In this document: positions 46,418 through 56,270 of the stretch, piece by piece | Numbering within the stretch: position 1 is the first letter of the stretch | Layout: each line of letters opens with the position of its first letter | Source of the DNA: Campylobacterales bacterium | GTDB lineage: Bacteria; Campylobacterota; Campylobacteria; Campylobacterales; QNZT01 | Assembly (NCBI GenBank): GCA_027068765.1 | Contig: JAMOMC010000173.1 | Location: forward strand, 2,668 to 66,667 | DNA: 64,000 bases | Direction: 5' to 3' | Translations under genes and position numbers: made by a program | Notes under the pieces: generated by a model | What the model was told of the DNA's origin: nothing | Databases searched by the model: none | Seen by the model: only the letters and a program-made list of their open reading frames with translations

Positions 46418-48296
46418 TTTTAACTTCTAACTCTACAATAGTTCCTATAATCCTTGCAGAGGTGATGTGTGATTCTAAAATCTTTACCTTAACTTCTCCA
46501 AAAAGTTTCACATCACTATCTATTAAAAAGACTCTAGCACCCATCATAACACCTTCACTAAACTTAGCAATCATTTTATCACTATCTACCACAACAGCCA
46601 AAATCTCATCACCAATATGCTCTTTTGCCCATCTTGCATACTTTCTATCTTCATAATCCCAAGCCACTTTAGCACTTTCACGTTCTAACTCACTCACACG
46701 ACTTGCCACTATATCGATACTTTTTAAGATATAATTTTGTAATTTTTTATCTTCATTTTTAATAGCTTTTAAAAGCCTATGAACAATCAAATCACTGTAT
46801 CTCCTAATAGGAGAGGTAAAATGAGTATAATGCTCAAACCCTAAACCAAAATGCCTACGATTTTCGCTAGAGTAAACTGCTTGTTTTTGAGCCCTAATAA
46901 TTAATTTGTCAACCTCTTGCCTTAAATCTTTTGCATCTGCACTTTTTTGAAGCTCTTTTATCGTCTCATAAATATTATCTTTTATCTCAGCATAGATACC
47001 AATAACCTCTAAATCATCCATCATCTCTTCTATTCTCTCTAAGGATGGCTCATCATGGACTCTAAATATACCTCTTTCAAACGAATGAGCCGCTGCTTTA
47101 TTTGCTAAAAGCATTGCATCTTCGATTAAGCTGTGAGAAGGAGTCTCTAACTCTTCTTTTATATCTATTAAATTTTGATTTTCATCTAAGCTCATTGTAA
47201 AATCAGATGAGCGAAACTCACACCCATTTTCTAATCTTTTAGCTCTAAATGCACCTAAAAGCTTGTTTAATGGGAGCAAATACTCTAAAATTGTATCATC
47301 CACACTATCTTTATCAGCAAAATCACCAGCTAAAAATAGATCAATTTTATCATATGTATATCTTCTTTTAGAGTGGATTATAGCTTCAATTATCTCCTCT
47401 TTTATAACTTTAGCCTCTTTTTTATCAATACTCATTTTATATACAAAAGCGAGCCTATCAACTTTAGGTTTTAGTGAACATATATTTTCACTAAGAGCTC
47501 TTGGAAGCATAGGGATGCTTTTATGAGGAAAGTAGATAGAAAATCCTCTCTCTCGCGCCTCTTTGTCGATAGCAGTATCCTCTTTTATGTATTCACTTAC
47601 ATCAGCAATTGCCACATATAAAATAGAGTGTTTTTTATCAAAATATATAGCATCATCAAAATCTTTTGCAGTTGGTGGGTCGATTGTGCAAAATGGTAAA
47701 TTGGTTAAATCAACTCTATTTGGATAGAGACTTTTATCTACATTATCACCAAAACTTGAAGCCTCTAACTCTGCTTGTGGAGAGAAAAATTCTTTTTTAT
47801 TATAAATTGCAAGTGAGATTTTTTCATCAACTTTTGGATCATCTAAAACTCCTAAAACATCTACAATAATGCCACTATTGTTGTCTATCTTAAAAACTGT
47901 ACCAAGAGGGAGCTCTTTTAGGTATTTTTGTGAAGCAGCTAAAGTTACAGGTAGCTGTGTTTTTATATTAAAACCAAGTATTTGGTTCTCTACCATTTTT
48001 GTAAAAACGACAATGCTCTCAAATTCTTTTTTTAAAATTTCAATAATTTTAGCTCTTCCCCGTCCACCTTTTTTAAAAATTCTCTTTGCTAAAACTGTGT
48101 CACCTTTGCTAGCTGTAGCTAAATCAGATGACTCTATAATCAAATCTTTTGCCTCTTGTGAGCTAAAATCATTTAGATATCCACTACCACTTCTTGATAT
48201 ATCTAAAGTTCCAAAACGGTACTTTGAATCAAGTTTATAAATACCCTCACTCTCTTTTATAGCTTTTAATCTGAGCAGAAGTTCAATAAGTTCCAT
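46410..48296 (-). CDS. rnr: ribonuclease R (RNB-family 3'-5' exoribonuclease)
   Basis: RNB catalytic signature HFGLGFEHYTHFTSPIRRYSDLIVHR and a C-terminal S1-like region. The true start may be 63 nt further upstream, at ATA 48359 (see findings). Confidence 0.9.
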   Translation of the reverse strand: MELIELLLRLKAIKESEGIYKLDSKYRFGTLDISRSGSGYLNDFSSQEAKDLIIESSDLATASKGDTVLAKRIFKKGGRGRAKIIEILKKEFESIVVFTKMVENQILGFNIKTQLPVTLAASQKYLKELPLGTVFKIDNNSGIIVDVLGVLDDPKVDEKISLAIYNKKEFFSPQAELEASSFGDNVDKSLYPNRVDLTNLPFCTIDPPTAKDFDDAIYFDKKHSILYVAIADVSEYIKEDTAIDKEARERGFSIYFPHKSIPMLPRALSENICSLKPKVDRLAFVYKMSIDKKEAKVIKEEIIEAIIHSKRRYTYDKIDLFLAGDFADKDSVDDTILEYLLPLNKLLGAFRAKRLENGCEFRSSDFTMSLDENQNLIDIKEELETPSHSLIEDAMLLANKAAAHSFERGIFRVHDEPSLERIEEMMDDLEVIGIYAEIKDNIYETIKELQKSADAKDLRQEVDKLIIRAQKQAVYSSENRRHFGLGFEHYTHFTSPIRRYSDLIVHRLLKAIKNEDKKLQNYILKSIDIVASRVSELERESAKVAWDYEDRKYARWAKEHIGDEILAVVVDSDKMIAKFSEGVMMGARVFLIDSDVKLFGEVKVKILESHITSARIIGTIVELEVKNV

Positions 48297-48376
48297 ATCA
48301 GAGTCTAAAATATCTCTTTTTTGGATTCCTTTTATGATTTTTAAAAGTAACTCTTTTATGATAGCTCCTTTAAAAT

Positions 48377-48559
48377 TTAAAAAGGTATAGCAGCATCAAC
48401 TACATCACCAACACCAGAAATTGTATCTCCAACAGCAGAAGGTGCTACAACATTTGTAACCGCTCCTACTGCTTTAAATGGAAGTGAAGCAACTGTTCCA
48501 ATTATACAGCCTGAAAATGTAAATGCTATGATAAGTAAAACTACAACTTTTAATTTCAT
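48377..48559 (-). CDS. small Gly/Val/Ala-rich lipoprotein (60 aa)
   Basis: Lipobox FTFSGC and an SD-like AAAGG upstream of the ATG. No family recognised. Confidence 0.4.
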   Translation of the reverse strand: MKLKVVVLLIIAFTFSGCIIGTVASLPFKAVGAVTNVVAPSAVGDTISGVGDVVDAAIPF

Positions 48560-48644
48560 AATTTTTAACCTTTTAAATTTCTGTTTCTCTATATTAGCAC
48601 AAATTTTTAGTTTTTTAGATTTTGCTATAATAGTAAATATATAG

Positions 48645-48676
48645 AATTAAATATATTAAAAATTAAATATATTAAA
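48645..48676. repeat. perfect 16-bp tandem duplication in the S8 peptidase upstream region
   Basis: aattaaatatattaaa occurs twice back to back (48645-48660, 48661-48676). A third partial copy, aaatatattaaaactaaaaat, lies at 48705-48725. Confidence 0.8.
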
Positions 48677-48796
48677 AACTAAAAATTTTAATTTAAACAG
48701 ATGAAAATATATTAAAACTAAAAATAAAAAAAGTATCCAAAAAATTGCTTTTTTATTGTATACTATCGCACAGTTTAAAATATATAAGGATTTTAT

Positions 48797-50191
48797 GTGA
48801 TAAAGAAAATTGCTGTACTACTATTTGCTATAAACTTATCCCTTTTTGCTGATTTTTACTACTCTGGTGGGAAAAAACACTATATCAAAACATTAAAAAC
48901 ATCTAAAGCTCTTGGAAGTGACACTACCTTAGTTCAAAATGAGCTTGGAAGTACTTTAAAAATTACAAATAAATTGATAGTTTCATACAGTGATTTAAGT
49001 GTTAAAAATAAGATAGAGAACTTTTATGAGTTAAAATTTATCAAAGTTTTAACTAACTCTATGTACCTATATCAAGTAGAAAACTCAAAACTAACTTTAC
49101 AAAAAGCAAATGAAATTTATGAGGAGGAGGGGATAGAGTTTTCTCATCCTGACTTTGTAAGAGCTAAAAAAGTAAGAGCAATCACAAGCGACCCTCATGC
49201 TGATCTTTTATGGCATTTACAAGATGAGTTTCATTATAACGATGCTGGTGTCAATGTTGTGCCTGCTTGGAAACATACAAAAGGTAAAGGTGTAAAAGTT
49301 GCTGTATATGATGAGGGAATTGATATAGATCATGTAGAACTTAGAGAAAATGTATATGCATTTGCAAACTTTAATGATGATGGAAGAAATCTACCATACT
49401 CCGTGAATGAAAATAGTTGGCATGGCACGGCAGTTGCTGGTATATTAGCTGCAAAAGAGAATCATAGAGGTGGTGTTGGAATTGCTCCTGAGATTAGCTT
49501 ATATGCTGTTAGATACTCAAATGATAGTGTCTCAAAAGATATTGAAGCATTTACATGGCTTATGAGTGAGGGTGTTAGTATTATCAACAATAGTTGGGGA
49601 ACATATGCACAATTAGATGCATACAGCAATATCTTTCGAGAATTAGCTACAAAAGGGAGAGATGGAAAAGGGATTATTCTTGTATTTGCTTCTGGAAATG
49701 AGAATCAAAATTTAGATGCAACAAATATTCACGATGAGTCTGAATCACCTTATGTATTTTCTATAGCAGCATCAACTGAAAAAAATCTTATAGCCAATTA
49801 CTCTAACTATGGAAGAAGTGTAGATTTTACAGCACCAGGAGGCTCTAGTAAAAGTGGACTATTTACAATAGATGCGACAGGTGCAAAAGGTTATAATGGT
49901 AGTGATTTTAACTATAATTTTGTAGGAACATCAGGAGCTGCCCCGCTAGTCTCGGGAACCATAGCACTTATGTTAGCTGCAAATCCAACTCTAACAAGAA
50001 CAAATATTTATAAAATCTTAAAAAATACATCTTCAAAGCTTGGAAACTATTCATATGATGAGAATGGACATAATGTATACTGGGGTTATGGAAAGATTAA
50101 TGCAGGTCGTGCTGTGGAAGTTGCCGTGTCTTATAAAAATTCTAAACTTAAAAATTTTGCTAGAACGATGTTTTCTGAAATGTTTGAGTAA
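48797..50191 (+). CDS. S8-family (subtilisin-like) serine peptidase with N-terminal propeptide
   Basis: Asp in VAVYDEGID, His in HGTAVAGI, Ser in GTSGAAPLVSG. Signal peptide present. GTG start after TAAGGA. Confidence 0.85.
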   Translation: MIKKIAVLLFAINLSLFADFYYSGGKKHYIKTLKTSKALGSDTTLVQNELGSTLKITNKLIVSYSDLSVKNKIENFYELKFIKVLTNSMYLYQVENSKLTLQKANEIYEEEGIEFSHPDFVRAKKVRAITSDPHADLLWHLQDEFHYNDAGVNVVPAWKHTKGKGVKVAVYDEGIDIDHVELRENVYAFANFNDDGRNLPYSVNENSWHGTAVAGILAAKENHRGGVGIAPEISLYAVRYSNDSVSKDIEAFTWLMSEGVSIINNSWGTYAQLDAYSNIFRELATKGRDGKGIILVFASGNENQNLDATNIHDESESPYVFSIAASTEKNLIANYSNYGRSVDFTAPGGSSKSGLFTIDATGAKGYNGSDFNYNFVGTSGAAPLVSGTIALMLAANPTLTRTNIYKILKNTSSKLGNYSYDENGHNVYWGYGKINAGRAVEVAVSYKNSKLKNFARTMFSEMFE

Positions 50192-50242
50192 TTAAAGAGT
50201 TTTTGAGTATTATCTTTTTATCAAAATAAGATAAGGAGCTTT

Positions 50243-51538
50243 ATGTATCGTTTTGCACCCTCTCCCACTGGTGATATGCACATAGGAAACCTTCGAGTCG
50301 CACTTTTTAACTACATCTGTGCAAAACAATCAAGTGAAAAATTTATTATTAGAATTGAAGATACAGATAAAGAGAGAAATATCGAAGGAAAAGATCAAGA
50401 GATACTTGAAATTTTAAATCTTTTTCATATCTCCTATGATGAAGTTCATTATCAGAGTGAAAGTTTAAAATTTCATAGACAATTAGGCTCTAAATTATTA
50501 ATGGATGCAAATGCATTTTCTTGTTTTTGTACATCTGAGACAATAGATAAAAAAAGAGAGAATGCAAAAAATAGCAAAAGAGCTTATAGGTATGATGGAG
50601 TTTGCAAAAAACTTAGTGACAATGAAGTTATGGAGAATGAAAATCCATTTGTTATAAGAGTAAAAGAGCCAGATTTTAAGATAAAATTTACAGATTTTAT
50701 AAAAGGTGAGATGGAGTTTTTGCCTAAAGATATAGATGATTTTGTAATTTTAAGGGTTGATAAAACACCAACTTACAATTTTGCTTGTGCGGTTGATGAT
50801 ATGTTACACAATATTAAAACTATTATAAGAGGTGAAGATCACTTATCAAATACTCCAAAACAAGAACTCATCCGAAAATACTTAGGTTATAATGAAAAGA
50901 TAGAGTATGCTCATCTACCTATTATCTTAAATGAAAATGGAAAGAAGATGAGTAAACGAGACAAAGCTTCAAGTGTTAAATGGTTACTTGAAGAGGGTTT
51001 TTTACCAGATGCAATTGTAAATTATCTTATATTAATTGGAAATAAAACCCCAACTGAGCTTTTTACTTTAAAAGAGTCTATAGATTGGTTTGATATTAAA
51101 AAAATTTCCAAATCTCCTGCAAAGTTTGATATGACAAAACTAAAACAGTTAAATCGTGAACATATAAAGATGCTAGATCCTTTAGAGTTATCAAAGTTTT
51201 TAGGATACTCTAGCAAAGATATAGGAGAACTTGGCAAAATTTATCTCCAAGAAGGTAGCACAATTAATGAAATAAAAGTTAGAATTGATAAAATATTTTC
51301 TAGCAAAGTAGGTATGGAGTTTAAAGAGGAGTTTGAAATACTCAAATCTCTTGCAAAAGATATGCCTTATTTTAAAGAGTTTGATAAGTTTAAAGCATAT
51401 CTTGGAGAAAAAAGCGGATTAAAAGGCAAAAAGTTTTTTAAACCACTTAGAGTTATTTTAACAGGTTATGAGAGTGGACCAGAATTGAGTGAAATATATC
51501 CACATATTAAAAACTATTTAGGAGAAATTATAAAATGA
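50243..51538 (+). CDS. gltX: glutamate--tRNA ligase
   Basis: [16 protein letters not shown] (HIGH) and KMSKR (KMSKS); 431 aa. Confidence 0.9.
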   Translation: MYRFAPSPTGDMHIGNLRVALFNYICAKQSSEKFIIRIEDTDKERNIEGKDQEILEILNLFHISYDEVHYQSESLKFHRQLGSKLLMDANAFSCFCTSETIDKKRENAKNSKRAYRYDGVCKKLSDNEVMENENPFVIRVKEPDFKIKFTDFIKGEMEFLPKDIDDFVILRVDKTPTYNFACAVDDMLHNIKTIIRGEDHLSNTPKQELIRKYLGYNEKIEYAHLPIILNENGKKMSKRDKASSVKWLLEEGFLPDAIVNYLILIGNKTPTELFTLKESIDWFDIKKISKSPAKFDMTKLKQLNREHIKMLDPLELSKFLGYSSKDIGELGKIYLQEGSTINEIKVRIDKIFSSKVGMEFKEEFEILKSLAKDMPYFKEFDKFKAYLGEKSGLKGKKFFKPLRVILTGYESGPELSEIYPHIKNYLGEIIK

Positions 51539-51792
51539 TAGATGCAGTTATTTTTACACTTGTTGGTGTATTGGAGCTATTTAAATGGGTTGTTATTATC
51601 TCAGCCCTTATCACTTGGGTAAACCCTGACCCTTCAAATCCAGTTGTTCAGATACTAAAAAGATTAACTGAACCAGTTTATGCTTTTATAAAACGATATA
51701 TCCCAACAACTGTGAGTGGTATAGACTTATCACCAATTATCGTTATATTTGCGATTATATTCTTACAACAACTTTTAAAAAATATATTTTAG
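51535..51792 (+). CDS. YggT-family membrane protein
   Basis: 85 aa with two TM helices and [23 protein letters not shown], typical of YggT. Confidence 0.7.
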   Translation: MIDAVIFTLVGVLELFKWVVIISALITWVNPDPSNPVVQILKRLTEPVYAFIKRYIPTTVSGIDLSPIIVIFAIIFLQQLLKNIF

Positions 51793-51795
51793 CAG

Positions 51796-53424
51796 ATGTT
51801 CAAAAGAGCAATCACTTTGTTGCTCTTTATGGGTATCTTAGCAACAACTTCTCACACAAAAGAGCTTACACTAGAATTTTTTAAAGATAAACCTAGAAGT
51901 TTTATGAAAGATTTTTATATTTCTAGGTTTTTAGACCTTGATATAAAACCTCAAGATGCAAGAGAGCTTATTGGTGATGTACACAACATGAACTACAAGT
52001 TATTTTACAAATTTGTAGATAAAGTTGATGATTTTAGCTTCACAAGGGTGAAATACTGCATAAAACTTGAAGCAAAATATTTTAAAGGAAAAAGTGTTGA
52101 CTGTATAGCTTTGGGACTTAGTGCATATAAAGCAACCTTTTTATCTCCTGCTACATTGGTAGAGATTGCAAGCTCTATTAAAAACCAATATCCAAAATTA
52201 GCACAAAAATACCTATTAATAGCTTCAAAAAGTTTCAAAGTCCTCTTAAGTGCAGATGATAAAGTTTTGATAAACACATTTAATTCAGTTGGCGGGAAAT
52301 TTCGTCAAGAGTATTTTAATTACCCTCTGCCTGCATCTAGACTAAATTTACTGGCAAATGAGAAGAGTTTTAGCCAAATGATTATAAAAATCATAAGAGA
52401 TCCAAAACTTACAAAACTTCAAAAGAGTATCTTAAAATTTGATAGCTCAAATCTATCAGCAGATGCAAACTTTTTATTGGCATTAAATGCTATAAAACAT
52501 AAAAAAAATAAAGATGCATTTTGGTATTTAAAACTCTCAAAGAAAAAAGCAAAAGGGCAAAAAGATGCGGATAAAGCACTCTTTTGGCTATATCTTATAA
52601 CTAAAGATACCCTCTATCTTAGTAACTTGACAAAAAGTAAAGATATAAATATCTACACACTTTGGGCAAATGAAACATTAGGAGTTAAAACCAAAGGTAT
52701 ACTAAAAGAGATTTTACCAAAAAATAAAAAAGCACCTTTTGATGTAACTAAACCTTTTGCATGGATAGATGTCAAAAGCAGTTTTAAATCAAAAAAATTC
52801 AACTCATATCAGATGAGAAAACAAGAAGCATTAAAATTAAATTCAAAAGATAGTGAGCCTCATGTAGCTACTTTAATCTATAAATATTCTCTAAATGAAC
52901 ACTACTTTTTTAAACCTTATTTTGATGAGTTAAAAGATCTTAAAAAAGAGAGAATTGCACTAATTTTAGCAATTGCAAGACAAGAGAGTAAATTTATCCC
53001 AACTGCTGTATCTTATTCATATGCTTTGGGTGTTATGCAGTTTATGCCTTTTCTTGCTAAAGATATCGCTAAAAAAAATGATTTTAAAGAGTTCAAATAT
53101 AAAGATATGTTTAATCCAAAAATCTCATATAAATTTGCAAATATTCATCTTGATTTTTTAGAAAAAAATCTCTCTCACCCACTATTTGTAGCTTATGCTT
53201 ACAATGGAGGCATAGGCTTTACAAAAAGAAAAATTTTACAAAAAGGCTATTTTAAAGAGGGAGTTTTTGAGCCATTTATGAGTCTGGAAATGGTTCCAAA
53301 CTCACAAGCTAGAGAGTATGGAAAAAAAGTTTTAGCAAACTATATCATATATGCTCAAGACTTGGGAGTAGATATAACTATAAAAACTCTTTTGAATACT
53401 AAACTTCTTCAAAAGCATCAATAA
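51796..53424 (+). CDS. soluble lytic murein transglycosylase (Slt-like)
   Basis: Signal peptide, a long helical N-terminal domain, and the catalytic SLT motif RQESKFIPTAVSYSYALGVMQFMP. Confidence 0.8.
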   Translation: MFKRAITLLLFMGILATTSHTKELTLEFFKDKPRSFMKDFYISRFLDLDIKPQDARELIGDVHNMNYKLFYKFVDKVDDFSFTRVKYCIKLEAKYFKGKSVDCIALGLSAYKATFLSPATLVEIASSIKNQYPKLAQKYLLIASKSFKVLLSADDKVLINTFNSVGGKFRQEYFNYPLPASRLNLLANEKSFSQMIIKIIRDPKLTKLQKSILKFDSSNLSADANFLLALNAIKHKKNKDAFWYLKLSKKKAKGQKDADKALFWLYLITKDTLYLSNLTKSKDINIYTLWANETLGVKTKGILKEILPKNKKAPFDVTKPFAWIDVKSSFKSKKFNSYQMRKQEALKLNSKDSEPHVATLIYKYSLNEHYFFKPYFDELKDLKKERIALILAIARQESKFIPTAVSYSYALGVMQFMPFLAKDIAKKNDFKEFKYKDMFNPKISYKFANIHLDFLEKNLSHPLFVAYAYNGGIGFTKRKILQKGYFKEGVFEPFMSLEMVPNSQAREYGKKVLANYIIYAQDLGVDITIKTLLNTKLLQKHQ

Positions 53425-53514
53425 AAATAGTAACAACTTGTGATAGATAAGATTTGCTAACTTCTTATAATTATGTTATAATATGTCAAAAATTAGACAT
53501 AAAAAGGATATGTT

Positions 53515-53763
53515 ATGACTATACGTAAAAACTTTCACTTTGATGACAATGTAGCAAAACACCTTGAAGAGATAGCAAAAGCAGAGGGGAAAACTCAAAC
53601 ACAAGTGACCCAAGAGGCGATAGAAGAGAAGTATAAAAAAATAAGTATTAAAAATAAATTGGCTATATTAGGTAAATTAGCTGGTTCATTGACTGGTAAG
53701 ATTGGCAATATTGATGTCAAAGAAGCACGAAGAGCTCATCTATTGGAAAAATATGGTAAATAA
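53515..53763 (+). CDS. putative antitoxin (ribbon-helix-helix-like) of a PIN toxin
   Basis: 82 aa. N-terminal IRKNFHFDDNVAKHLEEIAKAEGKTQTQVTQEAIEE fits a beta-strand plus two-helix RHH pattern. 11-nt overlap with the downstream PIN gene. Confidence 0.5.
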   Translation: MTIRKNFHFDDNVAKHLEEIAKAEGKTQTQVTQEAIEEKYKKISIKNKLAILGKLAGSLTGKIGNIDVKEARRAHLLEKYGK

Positions 53764-54187
53764 AGTTCTTTTAGACGTAAATATCATTGTAGATCTTTTT
53801 GATAAAAATAGACCATATTCACAGGTTTCTTTAAAATCAGTTCAGATGCTGTTAGAGAGAGGTATATTGTTATATATCAATTCAGATACATTGACAACAA
53901 CATTTTATCTGCTTAGAAGTCAGAAAAAAGCTACATTTTTAGAGGCAATTGAAGCTATTAAGGAGATATCTAAATTATGTGAATTAATTTCCATAGAGAT
54001 TGCTGATGTAAAAAATACAGTTTTATTATGTGAAGATGCAAAAACACCTTTTAAAGACTATGAAGATGCTATGCAATATATCTGCGCAAAAAAGGTTGAT
54101 GTAGATATGATACTTACCAATGATAAAGGGTTTGTATCACCAGATATACAAGTGAAAAGTAGTAGTGAATATAGTTCTTTTTTGTAA
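53753..54187 (+). CDS. PIN-domain toxin (VapC-like)
   Basis: Start chosen at ATG 53753 (MVNKVLLDVNIIVDLF). Acidic residues sit at PIN positions: LLDVN, DYEDAMQY, ILTNDKGF. Confidence 0.65.
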   Translation: MVNKVLLDVNIIVDLFDKNRPYSQVSLKSVQMLLERGILLYINSDTLTTTFYLLRSQKKATFLEAIEAIKEISKLCELISIEIADVKNTVLLCEDAKTPFKDYEDAMQYICAKKVDVDMILTNDKGFVSPDIQVKSSSEYSSFL

Positions 54188-54194
54188 CTTATAA

Positions 54195-54686
54195 CTATAA
54201 AAACTCTTTTGAATACTCTAAAACAGTAACTCCATAATCCTCATTTTTATACTCTAACTTTAATTTTTCACTGCTGTCTTTTTCAAATTTTACCAGATAA
54301 TAAGAAGACCATTGATTTCTAATTGGAGCTATTTTAATCAAATCATCTTCATATTTTAACTTTTTTATATTTATCGCTTTTTTGCCATTTAAAGTTAAAG
54401 TATATGATTCATTAAAGAGACCACTCTTTTTTGTGTTTGAGTCATTATCTATAAATACACTAATCAAAAATATCTCATTTGGATCTTTTCTAAACTCTTT
54501 TGTAGCTGCATTCAAATAAGTAGCAGTAATTGAAGCTTTTATCTGTAATGAGCTATAAAGTTGCCCTTTTTTTGTATGCATTACAGCACTTAACTCTTTT
54601 GCATCTGTAGAAAAAAACTGGGACTTTTTAGAACATGCTGTTAAAAATAGTAACACACTTAAAAATATAAAAACTCTTTTTTTCAT
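54195..54686 (-). CDS. hypothetical lipoprotein
   Basis: Lipobox FLTACS; 163 aa; beta-rich; no family recognised. Confidence 0.45.
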   Translation of the reverse strand: MKKRVFIFLSVLLFLTACSKKSQFFSTDAKELSAVMHTKKGQLYSSLQIKASITATYLNAATKEFRKDPNEIFLISVFIDNDSNTKKSGLFNESYTLTLNGKKAINIKKLKYEDDLIKIAPIRNQWSSYYLVKFEKDSSEKLKLEYKNEDYGVTVLEYSKEFL

Positions 54687-54746
54687 ATAAATTTCCTTTA
54701 GAGGGTATTTTACACAAAACTAATTTAGTTTTTGTTACAATGAGAT

Positions 54747-55253
54747 ATGAAAAAAGTTGCCATAGCATTTACAGGACCCTCAGGCAGTGGAAAAACTACA
54801 CTCATAGAGAAGATATCCAAAACCCTTATAAAAGAGTATAAAGTTGCCATCATTAAAAATGACCCAAAAGATAAAGCTTCATTTGATGTAGAAGGGAAGG
54901 ATAGTTATAAGTTTTCACAAACAGGAGCGGAAACTGTTGTACTCTCACCCACAAGAACAACATACTTTTCAAAACATACTCGCTCACTTAAAGAGATTAT
55001 ACAGATGCTTAGTGAGTTTGATATACTTTTAGTTGAGGGATTAAAAACTCTTCCACTTCCAAGAATTGCGATATTTAGAGACTCTATAGATGAGAGTTAT
55101 TTTGAAAGCTCAAATGCAATAGCAGTTGATAAAAGTGTCGATATACATAGATATAATATACCAAAAAACATAGATATATTAGATTTAAACAACACTCAAA
55201 ATATCATAGAGTGGATAAAAATTAATGCCAAAGAGACAAAGGATATTGAATGA
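54747..55253 (+). CDS. mobB: molybdopterin-guanine dinucleotide biosynthesis adaptor protein MobB
   Basis: 168 aa with P-loop [13 protein letters not shown] and LVEGLK, typical of MobB. Confidence 0.8.
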   Translation: MKKVAIAFTGPSGSGKTTLIEKISKTLIKEYKVAIIKNDPKDKASFDVEGKDSYKFSQTGAETVVLSPTRTTYFSKHTRSLKEIIQMLSEFDILLVEGLKTLPLPRIAIFRDSIDESYFESSNAIAVDKSVDIHRYNIPKNIDILDLNNTQNIIEWIKINAKETKDIE

Positions 55254-56092
55254 AAGAGATTTTTGAAGCGATTAAAAAATCAGCAATTAGAATTAGATAT
55301 GCGATTGAAAATGATGATACAGGATACTCACAAAATCAAAACACAACAGGAGATGTACAGCTAAAACTAGACATCAAAAGTGACTTAATCATAGAAGAGG
55401 AGCTTTCACAAATTGCATCTGTAAAAGAGTTGGCAAGTGAAGAGAAAGAGCATATCGAAAAGATACATGAAGATGGAAAGTATTTAATCGGTTATGACCC
55501 ACTAGATGGTTCAAGTCTTGTAGATGTAAATTTAAGTGTTGGCTCTATCTTTGGAATTTATGAGGACGATTATAGTGGTAAAAATCTCAAAGCATCTGTC
55601 TATGTTGTTTATGGTCCTAGAGTTGAGCTTGTGATTGGATATGATGGTGAAGTTCAATTATATCGACTAGACTCTAATGATAAATTTAATTTTATACAAG
55701 TTATAAATTTAAATCAAAAAGGTAAGTTAAACTCACCAGGAGGCACTCAAAATTGCTGGCATCCACACCATAAAAAACTAATTGAAGATATATTTTTAGA
55801 TGGATATAGATTAAGATATTCAGGTGGAATGGTTCCTGATTTGCATCAAATTTTATTAAAAGGTGGAGGTCTTTTTTCATATCCAGCAACAAGCGACAAT
55901 GAAAAAGGGAAACTAAGAATGACATTTGAAGTGTTCCCATTTGCCCAAATTTTTGAGTTAGCTGGAGGAGAGGCGATTGATGGAGAAAGGCGGTTGTTGG
56001 ATTTAACTCCCTTACATATTCACGATACCACTCCTTGCTTTTTTGGCTCAAATGAAGAGATAAAAAAAGTAAAGAGTGCTTATGTCAACTGA
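55250..56092 (+). CDS. fbp: fructose-1,6-bisphosphatase class 1 (short epsilonproteobacterial type)
   Basis: GYDPLDGSS metal-binding motif and [18 protein letters not shown]; 280 aa. Confidence 0.85.
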   Translation: MKEIFEAIKKSAIRIRYAIENDDTGYSQNQNTTGDVQLKLDIKSDLIIEEELSQIASVKELASEEKEHIEKIHEDGKYLIGYDPLDGSSLVDVNLSVGSIFGIYEDDYSGKNLKASVYVVYGPRVELVIGYDGEVQLYRLDSNDKFNFIQVINLNQKGKLNSPGGTQNCWHPHHKKLIEDIFLDGYRLRYSGGMVPDLHQILLKGGGLFSYPATSDNEKGKLRMTFEVFPFAQIFELAGGEAIDGERRLLDLTPLHIHDTTPCFFGSNEEIKKVKSAYVN

Positions 56093-56270
56093 GCTTTATC
56101 AAGAGAGATTAAAGCAGCAGATAGAGATTGTAAAAAAGTGCCAAAATGAGCATAAAATAGACTCTTGTCTAAAATGTGAAAAGATAATAGGATGTGAGAT
56201 TAGAAAAACTTACATAAATGCTGTTTATCAAAGTATGAACAAAGGTGATAGTGGAGGTTTTGAGTTTTAA
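56082..56270 (+). CDS. small Cys-rich hypothetical protein
   Basis: 62 aa from ATG 56082 (SD AAAGAG). Four Cys as C-x8-C-x2-C-x5-C ([19 protein letters not shown]). Overlaps the fbp stop. Confidence 0.4.
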   Translation: MSTELYQERLKQQIEIVKKCQNEHKIDSCLKCEKIIGCEIRKTYINAVYQSMNKGDSGGFEF

